From positions 720,001 through 752,000 of the forward strand of contig OY843585.1 of assembly GCA_963692945.1 (NCBI GenBank): DNA of 32,000 nt, given 5' to 3'. The first letter of the stretch is position 1. The number at the start of each line of letters is the position of its first letter. This DNA is from Bdellovibrionales bacterium. GTDB taxonomy: Bacteria > Bdellovibrionota > Bdellovibrionia > Bdellovibrionales > UBA1609. Shown piece by piece: positions 1 through 7,206 of this stretch. The notes beneath the pieces are model-generated. The model saw only the letters and a program-made list of their open reading frames with translations, did not search any database and was not told the origin of the DNA. A program made the position numbers and the translations under genes.

Positions 1-127
1 TTTTTTTATTTGTTGGGGTTCTTTTAAATATGAGACTACAAGTTTTTTATTTGATGGGGTTTTTTAAATACTAGATTACAAGTTTTTTATTTGATGGGGT
101 TTTTTAAATACTAGATTACAAGTTTTA
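1..127. repeat. 40-bp tandem repeat, about 3 copies (diverged copy 1-40, copies at 41-80 and 81-120, fragment to 127)
   Basis: The unit agttttttatttgatggggttttttaaatactagattaca recurs head-to-tail at 41 and 81. A further fragment ggttttttaaatact lies near 156-170. Confidence 0.9.
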
Positions 128-226
128 AGGACGTTAATGGTTTGCATTTGTAGAGGTTTTTTAAATACTTGCTAGGAGTGTGGATTTTGACTAACATCCA
201 GTTCAGGTTTAAATAAAAAAAATTAT

Positions 227-1000
227 ATGGCTCAAATTTTATCTCAACAAGAAATACCTTTGATGCGTTCGGCTTGTAAATTAGCGGCTCAGGTTTTGGT
301 TTTTATTGAACCTCATATTCAACCTGGAATCACTACAGAAAAATTAAACCAGCTTTGTCATGATTTCATTTTATCCCATTCTGCTATACCAGCTCCTTTA
401 AATTACAACGGCTTTCCTAAATCTATATGCACTTCTGTGAACACTTGCATTTGCCATGGAGTTCCTGATTCTACCGTTTTAAAGGAAGGAGATATTATCA
501 ATGTAGATGTGACTTGTATAAAGGATGGATTTTTTGGAGATACCTCTAAAACTTTTTTTGTAGGGGAAGTTACAGAAAAGGCCAAAATTCTGACTGATTG
601 TGCCTTTCAAGCTATGAATAAGGGAATTGAGGCTATAGAGCCTTATGGAACCACAGGTGACATTGGCTTTGCCATAAATAAATATGTGACTAGAAAGGGT
701 TTTTTTCCAGTTTTAGAGATAGGTGGGCATGGTATAGGTAAAAAATTTCATGATGAGCCTTTTGTTCCCTCTGTGGGGAAAAGGGGAAGGGGGGTTGTGT
801 TGCAACCTTGGAGTTGTATAACGGTAGAACCCATGGTCAATGAAATATCTCCAGACATAAAAGAATTTCCCATAAATAATTCTAGTGTGAAATACTACCA
901 CACAATAGATGCAGGTCTATCGGCTCAGTTTGAACATACCATTTTAATTACAGATGGCAGTGATTCTTCCAATTATGAAATTCTAACTCTTCCTGAGTAA
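227..1000 (+). CDS. map: Methionine aminopeptidase, type I
   Basis: 257 aa. Metal-ligand context typical of MetAP-I: GDIINVDV, GFFGD, GGHGIG, TVEPM, QFEHT. Confidence 0.93.
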   Translation: MAQILSQQEIPLMRSACKLAAQVLVFIEPHIQPGITTEKLNQLCHDFILSHSAIPAPLNYNGFPKSICTSVNTCICHGVPDSTVLKEGDIINVDVTCIKDGFFGDTSKTFFVGEVTEKAKILTDCAFQAMNKGIEAIEPYGTTGDIGFAINKYVTRKGFFPVLEIGGHGIGKKFHDEPFVPSVGKRGRGVVLQPWSCITVEPMVNEISPDIKEFPINNSSVKYYHTIDAGLSAQFEHTILITDGSDSSNYEILTLPE

Positions 1001-1203
1001 AAAATGGCAGTGATTCTTCCAATTATGAAATTCTAACTCTTCCTGAATAAAAGATGGCAGTGATTCTTCCTTATCTTAAATTCTAACTCTTCCTGAATAA
1101 AAGATGGCAGTGATTCTTCCAATTATGAAATTCTAACTCTTCCTGAGTAAAAAATGGCAGTGATTCTTCCGATTATGAAATTCTAACTCTTCCTGAATAA
1201 AAG
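954..1203 (+). repeat. 50-bp tandem repeat x5; the first copy is the last 47 nt of map plus its stop codon
   Basis: atggcagtgattcttccaattatgaaattctaactcttcctga(g/a)taaaa(a/g) starts at 954, 1004, 1054, 1104 and 1154. Copy 3 carries the variant ttatcttaaa. Confidence 0.95.
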
Positions 1204-1290
1204 AGAGATTAAAAAAGGAAGCACAAAGTTATTTCTTAAATTCTTCTATTAACTTTCTACATAAAAGAGTTTTCTAGCCATATTATATCT

Positions 1291-1332
1291 TCCTTATCTT
1301 AAATTCTAACTCTTCCTGAGTAAAAGAGAGAT
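1291..1332 (+). repeat. Orphan partial copy of the map-tail repeat (copy-3 variant)
   Basis: tccttatcttaaattctaactcttcctgagtaaaagagagat matches the variant unit and the array's right-hand junction (aagagagat), 90 bp downstream of the array. Confidence 0.85.
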
Positions 1333-1465
1333 GTTCTATAACTTAGAAGCAGGGACTTTTATCCTATTATCAACTCTTTTAAATTTATTTCCGTTTCTTT
1401 TGAAAAAAAATAAACTCATAGAGCTTCTCTTGCTTTTTCTTTTTTTCAAAGATATATAAAATTTT

Positions 1466-2806
1466 ATGTCAATCTCTCCATCTAAAAATCTGGATTACAA
1501 AGTTTGTTCTTCTGCAATGAAGGATAAAAAAGTCTTTCAAGAAATGGCTGTCTTTGGGAGAGAAGAAATCCTAATTGCTGAAAGAGAAATGCCTGGTTTG
1601 ATGGCTTTAAGAAAAGAGTATGGAGCTTCAAAGCCTCTTAAGGGAGCTCGTATTACAGGTTGTCTTCATATGACAATACAAACGGCTGTTCTTATAGAAA
1701 CTTTAAAACATTTGGGAGCAGAAATCAGATGGTCTTCTTGTAACATTTACTCTACACAAGATCATGCGGCTGTAGCCATGGCTCAATCAGGTGTTCCTGT
1801 TTTTGCTTGGAAGGGAGAGACAGAAGAAGAGTATCAATGGTGTATTGAGCAAACGGTTTATGGTTGGGGTGAACAAGGTTTTAATCTTATTATAGATGAC
1901 GGAGGAGATTTAACTCACTATATGCACGAAGAAAAACAGTCTTCTTTGATGAAAAAAGTTTTAGGTCTTTCGGAAGAGACCACAACAGGTATTCAAAATT
2001 TGGAAAAACTTCATAAAAAAAATCAACTTAAAGTTCCTGCTATCAATGTAAATGATTCTGTTACTAAATCTAAATTTGATAATTTATACGGGTGTCGGGA
2101 ATCTTTAGCGGATGGTTTAAAAAGAGCAACAGATGTTATGATTGCGGGTAAAAATGTGTTGGTTGCTGGTTATGGAGATGTGGGTAAGGGATGTGTTCAA
2201 AGTATGCAGGCTTATGGAGCTAGAGTTTTTGTGACAGAAATTGATCCCATCTGTGCTTTACAAGCTCGTATGGAAGGTTATGAGGTTGTTTTATTAGAGG
2301 ATGTTGTAGATAAAATAGATATTTTTGTAACGGCATCTGGTTGTAAAAGTGTCATTTGCAAACAGCATTTTGAAAAAATGAAACAAGGAGCCATTGTTTG
2401 TAACATAGGACATTTTGATGTGGAAATAGATATGGCTTGGCTCCATCAAAACACAGAATCACGAACCATAAAACCACAAGTTAAAATACATAAATTTAAA
2501 AATGGAAGAGAAATTATTGTTTTGGCTGATGGACGTCTTGTGAATTTAGGTTGTGCAACTGGACACTCTTCTTTTGTGATGAGTAACTCTTTTACGAATC
2601 AGGTTTTAGCTCAAATAGAACTTTGGAAGAATCATAAAAATTATCCTTTGGGAGTTTATGTTCTTCCTAAAATTTTAGATGAAAAAGTGGCACGGCTTCA
2701 TTTAGATCAACTGGGTGTGAAGCTTACAAAATTAACCAAAGAACAATCTGAGTACTTGAGTGTTCCTCAAGAAGGGCCTTTTAAACCCAAGCCTTATCGT
2801 TACTAA
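1466..2806 (+). CDS. ahcY: Adenosylhomocysteinase (S-adenosyl-L-homocysteine hydrolase)
   Basis: 446 aa. N-terminal DYKV...EMPGLMALR, the NAD-binding GYGDVGKG motif, and IGHFDVEID and NLGCATGH motifs. Confidence 0.95.
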   Translation: MSISPSKNLDYKVCSSAMKDKKVFQEMAVFGREEILIAEREMPGLMALRKEYGASKPLKGARITGCLHMTIQTAVLIETLKHLGAEIRWSSCNIYSTQDHAAVAMAQSGVPVFAWKGETEEEYQWCIEQTVYGWGEQGFNLIIDDGGDLTHYMHEEKQSSLMKKVLGLSEETTTGIQNLEKLHKKNQLKVPAINVNDSVTKSKFDNLYGCRESLADGLKRATDVMIAGKNVLVAGYGDVGKGCVQSMQAYGARVFVTEIDPICALQARMEGYEVVLLEDVVDKIDIFVTASGCKSVICKQHFEKMKQGAIVCNIGHFDVEIDMAWLHQNTESRTIKPQVKIHKFKNGREIIVLADGRLVNLGCATGHSSFVMSNSFTNQVLAQIELWKNHKNYPLGVYVLPKILDEKVARLHLDQLGVKLTKLTKEQSEYLSVPQEGPFKPKPYRY

Positions 2807-3110
2807 GTCATTTGTTTTGTCCTAAGTTTTTTGCCGACAAGTTTCTAGCTTGTGAACAATCAACAACTAGAGAGTTTTTTTAATTTTATTTTGTCCTATG
2901 TTTTTGCTTTGTCTAAGTTTTTTGCTTTGTCCTAAGTTTTTTGCCGACAAGTTTCTAACTTGTGAACAACCAACAACTAGAGAGTTTTTTTAATTTTATA
3001 TTGTCCTATGTTTTTGCTTTGTCTAAGTTTTTTGCTTTGTCCTAAGTTTTTTGCCGACAAGTTTCTAGCTTGTAAACAATCAACAACTAGAGAGTTTTTT
3101 TAATTTTATA
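2807..3110. repeat. 110-bp tandem repeat, about 2.6 copies, filling the ahcY/hflX convergent spacer; includes the last ~8 codons and stop of hflX
   Basis: cctaagttttttgccgacaagtttcta(g/a)cttgt(g/a)aacaa(t/c)caacaactagagagtttttttaattttat... starts at 2821, 2931 and 3041. ctagagagtttttttaattttata is the reverse complement of the hflX end (KIKKTL-stop). Confidence 0.9.
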
Positions 3111-4262
3111 TTTTTTCCACTTACTGATTTGATGGGAGGGCATTTCTACATAACAAACCGTCCCTTTAGAGCCAGTTTCTTTTTTTTGTATAGTTGTTTC
3201 CCGACTGAGTTCATAAATTTCATACTCTTTGTCTTTGGGGAAGTAAAGTTCTATGGGTTCGTTTAGATTTTCCAAAATCTCTTTCATTTTTAAAAGAAGA
3301 TTTTCAAGATTGTAATTTGTTCTAGCACTAATAGAGATGCGATTTTGGCAATGAGAGGGAGTGATCACTTCTGTTTCTGAAACAAGATCTGTTTTGTTAA
3401 AAACATAGAGGACTGGTTTTTTATACCAACCAAATTCTTCAACAAGTTCATCTACAACTTTAATATGATTGTGCATTTGAGGATTTGAAATATCAATCAC
3501 ATGCAACAAAACATCCGATGTATCTAGTTCTTCTAAGGTGGCTTTAAAAGCGGAAATCAAATTAGGAGGTAAGTCTCTGATAAAACCAACCGTGTCTGTC
3601 ATGACAGCACTGGCAACGCCGGGGATAAAAACTTTTCGTGTTTTAGGGTCTAAGGTCATAAAGGATTGGTTTTTAGTTTCCACATTGGATTTTGTAAGAA
3701 GATTTAAAAGCGTACTTTTTCCTGAGTTTGTATAACCTATAAGAGAGAACGAGGGGATTTTGTTTTTTCGCCGAACCGATCTATGTTGAGAGCGACTTCT
3801 TCTTACTTTTTCTAATCTTTCTTTAACTCGTTTGATTTTTTCTCGGGCTTGTCTGCGATCTATTTCCAAAGCCTTTTCCCCTGGTCCTCTTGAGGCTTTT
3901 CGTCCTCCTTGTCTGGAAAGAGAACCAAGCCATGCACCCACCATACGAGGCATTTGGTCCATAAGTTGTGCCAGTTCCACTTGAAGTTTTCCTTCGTGAC
4001 TTTGAGCTCTTTGTGCAAAAATTTCTAAAATCAGTTGGGTTCTATCTAAAATGGTAACTTTTAAAGATTGTTGTAAGTTACGAGTTTGAACACCTGATAA
4101 ATTGTGGTCAAAAATCACATAGTTTGGTTTGAGACTGCGAACAATAGTTTCTAACTCTTTTTGTTTACCAACACCGATGAGATAAGCTGGGTCTATGGAT
4201 TTTAAATTTTGGAAAAACTTTTCTAGAGGATGTAAGTTTGCAGCTACAGCAAGTTCTGTCAT
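3087..4262 (-). CDS. hflX: GTPase HflX
   Basis: G1 GYTNSGKSTLLN, G3 DTVGF, G4 NKTD, and the HflX N-domain motif GKLQVELAQL. The frame stays open 31 codons upstream of the ATG and encodes KGQTAILFSAV (HflX-like N-terminus). An AAGGAG lies 7 nt before a CTG at 4350-4352, so the true start may be non-ATG at 4352. Confidence 0.9.
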   Translation of the reverse strand: MTELAVAANLHPLEKFFQNLKSIDPAYLIGVGKQKELETIVRSLKPNYVIFDHNLSGVQTRNLQQSLKVTILDRTQLILEIFAQRAQSHEGKLQVELAQLMDQMPRMVGAWLGSLSRQGGRKASRGPGEKALEIDRRQAREKIKRVKERLEKVRRSRSQHRSVRRKNKIPSFSLIGYTNSGKSTLLNLLTKSNVETKNQSFMTLDPKTRKVFIPGVASAVMTDTVGFIRDLPPNLISAFKATLEELDTSDVLLHVIDISNPQMHNHIKVVDELVEEFGWYKKPVLYVFNKTDLVSETEVITPSHCQNRISISARTNYNLENLLLKMKEILENLNEPIELYFPKDKEYEIYELSRETTIQKKETGSKGTVCYVEMPSHQISKWKKYKIKKTL

Positions 4263-4471
4263 TTCTGCGAGGTTTTCTTTAAAAATGGAAGGGGTTCCAT
4301 TTTTTACAGCACTAAATAAAATTGCTGTTTGTCCTTTTTTAATAAGTGGCAGTGTTTATCTCCTTTTTTCTATTTATAATGATAGCAGGGTAGAGGGAGA
4401 TTGAAAAGATAAAAAGGATTGGCATAAAGAATTTTGATTGTAAAAGAAGTTTTATTAAGCCATTTTGTAGT

Positions 4472-4645
4472 TTAAGTTTCAGAAATATTTTTCCATTTTT
4501 CTAAATGTAAAGATCTTGTAATGGAAATAATTTCTTTTCTTACATGTTTATCTGGAATGACTTTTTCTAACTCTTTGATGAGCTGTGTTTTTGATTTTTT
4601 AGAAAAGGCTTTTTTATAATCTCTTTTTGATAGTGGTCGTTTCAT
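4472..4645 (-). CDS. Small basic hypothetical protein (57 aa), divergent from the ParA-like gene
   Basis: ATG at 4643-4645 (minus strand), preceded by AAGAGGA. Translation: MKRPLSKRDYKKAFSKKSKTQLIKELEKVIPDKHVRKEIISITRSLHLEKWKNISET. It is below the ORF-track cutoff. Confidence 0.45.
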   Translation of the reverse strand: MKRPLSKRDYKKAFSKKSKTQLIKELEKVIPDKHVRKEIISITRSLHLEKWKNISET

Positions 4646-4728
4646 CTCTTTATCCTCTTAAAGTTATTTTATCACAATGGGGTTTATTTACAAAATACTT
4701 TTCAGAAAGTCCAGTCTTTGTAGTCATG

Positions 4729-4756
4729 TTGACTTTTTTAAGATTGAATTGATAAT
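4729..4756 (+). promoter_or_regulatory. Possible sigma70-type promoter for the ParA-like gene
   Basis: TTGACT (4729-4734), a 16-nt spacer, then GATAAT (4751-4756), about 110 nt upstream of the ATG at 4869. Confidence 0.3.
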
Positions 4757-4868
4757 GGGGATAATCAATGTTTGTTTTTAATCATAAGTTGATAACTTTT
4801 GGTCTTTCTCTTTGAAGTCATCTATAAATTTATTGACTAAAATTAGAGATGAATATAGGAAGTAATTA

Positions 4869-5888
4869 ATGGAACATATTGTATATTGTATTTGGAACAA
4901 TAAAGGAGGAGTAGGAAAAACATTCTTATCTTTTACTCTTGCATCTGTTTATGCTCAGAAAAATCCTGATAAAAAAGTATTTGTTGTTGATACTTGTCCT
5001 CAAGCTAATCTTTCTGAAATTATATTAGGAGGAAATAGCTCGGGAGCTGTAATTTTGGAAAAATTTATCAATCAGAAAAAAACATTAGGTGGTTATTTTG
5101 ATTCAAGAATTAGAAAACCACATGAAAAAACTGGAAGTGAGTCAGGTTTTATAATACAAACTTGTGAATATAATAAACATTTGCCTAAGAATCTTTACCT
5201 TATAGCTGGTGATCCTAGCTTAGAAATACAGGCTCAGGTGATGAACCAAATTAGTAGCTTAAAGATACCTAATGACAGTTGGAAAAGTGTTCATTTGTGG
5301 GTTAAAGACATAATAGGAACGGCACAGGAGCATCATGGAGGAAATACAACTACATTTATTGATTGCAATCCTAGTTTTTCTGCTTATACAGAGCTCTCCA
5401 TCATTGCTTCAAACAAACTTATAGTTCCTTGCACCAGTGATGGTTCTTCTGCTAGAGCTATAAATAATCTGTTTTTCCTAATTTATGGCCTTGGAAGAAC
5501 AACATTGCAAAAAGAGTATGAAGATGTTAGTTTTGCTAAAAAATCAGAAACTTTTAATTTATCTAAACCGATTCTACATTCTGTTTTGTTAAATAGATCT
5601 ACTCAATATGAGAAGAAAGCAAGTAAAGCTTTTGGTGCGGTTATGAAAGAAATAAGGAGAAGGGTGGAATCTATAAAAACAGAAGATTCAAAATTATTTC
5701 ACAGTGATTTTGATTATTACGATATACCTGATGCACATTCAGTGGCTATAGTTTCTTCTTATCAAGGAAAACCTATAACTCAAATCAGTCATGGGATTCA
5801 TGAGGTGCATGGGACTCGGCCACAAATAAATAAAGAAAACCTAGATAGGCACAAAAAAGCAATAGATGAATTTGTTTTAAAACTTTAA
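4869..5888 (+). CDS. ParA/MinD-family (deviant Walker A) ATPase, orphan, 339 aa
   Basis: N-terminal IWNNKGGVGKT (KGGxxGKT deviant Walker A), DTCPQANLS, and IDCNPS (Walker B-like). There is no adjacent parB. Confidence 0.8.
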   Translation: MEHIVYCIWNNKGGVGKTFLSFTLASVYAQKNPDKKVFVVDTCPQANLSEIILGGNSSGAVILEKFINQKKTLGGYFDSRIRKPHEKTGSESGFIIQTCEYNKHLPKNLYLIAGDPSLEIQAQVMNQISSLKIPNDSWKSVHLWVKDIIGTAQEHHGGNTTTFIDCNPSFSAYTELSIIASNKLIVPCTSDGSSARAINNLFFLIYGLGRTTLQKEYEDVSFAKKSETFNLSKPILHSVLLNRSTQYEKKASKAFGAVMKEIRRRVESIKTEDSKLFHSDFDYYDIPDAHSVAIVSSYQGKPITQISHGIHEVHGTRPQINKENLDRHKKAIDEFVLKL

Positions 5889-5917
5889 TTTTTAAGTTTT
5901 AGATGATTGTCTTTGTT

Positions 5918-6079
5918 GTGGTATTTTTTTACTCTGTCCATATTAGAAGTCATTAACTTTATGTTGTAACAGTGGTATTTTTTTACTCTGTCCATATTAG
6001 AAGTCATTAACTTTATGTTGTAACAGTGGTATTTTTTTACTCTGTCCATATTAGAAGTCATTAACTTTATGTTGTAACA
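5918..6079. repeat. 54-bp tandem repeat x3
   Basis: gtggtatttttttactctgtccatattagaagtcattaactttatgttgtaaca starts at 5918, 5972 and 6026. The copies are identical. Confidence 0.95.
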
Positions 6080-6085
6080 GTGTAA

Positions 6086-6200
6086 ATTAAAATCTGGTGT
6101 AACAGTTTTTGATTTTTGTGATGCAAAAATGAGGTTTATTTTTTGGTTTTTAGTTGTTTAGGTTCTCTTTTATCAGGTTCAACATATGTGACATCATTTT
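6086..6200 (-). repeat. Two juxtaposed orphan gene-tail copies: 6086-6131 copies the 3' end of the 7207-9285 gene, and 6128-6200 copies the 3' end of the 6559-6930 gene
   Basis: 6086-6131 matches 7206-7251 (46 bp, 2 mismatches; encodes HFCITKIKNCYTRF-stop versus HFCVTKIKNCYTSF-stop). 6131-6200 matches 6553-6622 (70 bp, 1 mismatch). Confidence 0.9.
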
Positions 6201-6397
6201 GTGGACTGATCTTGTCTAACAGATTCGTTGTGAGCTTTAATTGCACTTTTCACTTCAGGTTTATTCCAAAGTTCTTTTGCTGTTGCTATCCTATTTTTTT
6301 TACGGAAAAGCCACCAGCTATAATCTGATTCTTGTTCTTTCTTTCCGTTTAATCCTAGTTTTTTTTTAGAACCATTAAAATAAGCCATAAACATCAC
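6194..6397 (-). CDS. Hypothetical small protein (67 aa or shorter)
   Basis: A GGAGAGG lies about 8 nt before the third Met (MAYFNGS..., ATG at 6386-6388). The stop codon lies inside the shared 70-bp tail module. No recognisable family. Confidence 0.4.
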   Translation of the reverse strand: MMFMAYFNGSKKKLGLNGKKEQESDYSWWLFRKKNRIATAKELWNKPEVKSAIKAHNESVRQDQSTK

Positions 6398-6558
6398 CTC
6401 TCCGTTTCATTATATAACAAAAGCAAGAAAAAAAATAGAGCAAATTTCTAAAAAATCAACTTCCCATCTTCATTGAGTTTTTTTCTACATACCAGATTAA
6501 CAAGACTAATAGCTCTTGTGATTGATACAAAAATAAATAGGGTTTATTTTAATGAGGC

Positions 6559-6930
6559 TTATTTTTTGGTTTTTAGTTGTTTAGGTTCTCTTTTATCAGG
6601 TTCAACATATGTGACATCATTTTTTTTGCAGATTTGACTCATATAGACTTCCATATGGCTTAAATGATTTACTTCTATTGTGGTTATCTTACCTTTTATT
6701 CCTGTCATATCTTCTTTTATTTCTGTTATATCTTCTTTTATTCCTGTTATATCTTTTTTCATTCCTGTCATATCTTTTTTCATTCCTGTCATATCTTCTT
6801 TTATTCCTGTTATATCTTCTTTTAAAGGTTTTACTGTATTATCAAAATGATTTTTGATATCATTGATTATAATTCTTTCTCTTTCATCTCTATATTCTGG
6901 TTTTATTCCGTTTCCCATTTTGTTCTCCAC
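6559..6930 (-). CDS. Hypothetical coiled-coil protein with 7 perfect heptad repeats (KEDITGI/KKDMTGM)
   Basis: 123 aa. The 21-nt tandem repeat has register points at 6699, 6720, 6741, 6762, 6783 and 6804. Confidence 0.6.
   Translation of the reverse strand: MENKMGNGIKPEYRDERERIIINDIKNHFDNTVKPLKEDITGIKEDMTGMKKDMTGMKKDITGIKEDITEIKEDMTGIKGKITTIEVNHLSHMEVYMSQICKKNDVTYVEPDKREPKQLKTKK
6690..6830 (-). repeat. Intragenic 21-nt tandem repeat x7 (encodes the heptads)
   Basis: ttcctgt(c/t)atatctt(c/t)ttt(t/c)a recurs with a 21-nt period. Confidence 0.9.
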
Positions 6931-7206
6931 TTTGTTGTTTGTATATTTTATTTATACTCTATTTATCGGTAATGTCAAAGTAAAAATAAATTTAAAATTT
7001 TTAAAAATGAAATCAGCACAATTTATTTGTGTAGAAGATTTAAAAAGTTTTATGAGTGATAGTGTTATTTTTTTAATTGTAAAAAGAATTTATTAAATGT
7101 TAACCTAAAAGATTTAAGTCTGCTTGCTAAATAGCTTATGTAGAGTATTTACTAAAAAGCAATAGATGAATTAAAAAGAACTAAGCAATAAGGAATTAAA
7201 AAAAAA

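Noticed and set aside
954-1203. CRISPR array (also considered for 5918-6079, 10541-11335 and 20160-20271)
   Set aside because: The units are contiguous head-to-tail with no unique spacers, unit lengths vary by locus, and there are no cas genes. These are plain tandem repeats.
1204-1465. Possible SAH riboswitch upstream of ahcY
   Set aside because: SAH riboswitches are GC-rich pseudoknotted elements with conserved motifs. This leader is AT-rich, largely repeat-derived, and shows no comparable paired structure.
4263-4470. hfq upstream of hflX (a common hfq-hflX synteny)
   Set aside because: No frame in this interval encodes an Sm-like Hfq sequence. The only open frame is the in-frame N-terminal extension of hflX itself.
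6086-6622. Integron attC-like cassette ends for the shared gene-tail modules
   Set aside because: The modules lack the imperfect inverted-repeat (R''-L''/L'-R') architecture, and no intI is present.
6854-7096. 80-aa plus-strand ORF and similar short ORFs (403-585, 713-901, 3538-3735, 4195-4404, 6143-6328, 7532-7754, 8624-8935, 11607-11858, 13131-13313, 15149-15379, 18311-18619, 18387-18597, 19816-20004, 21986-22246, 23419-23685, 24706-25020, 24737-24988, 27729-27929)
   Set aside because: They lie antisense to, or overlap, well-supported genes. Their composition is Phe/Leu/Ile/Ser-rich, as expected for AT-rich non-coding frames, and they have no ribosome-binding sites or motifs.
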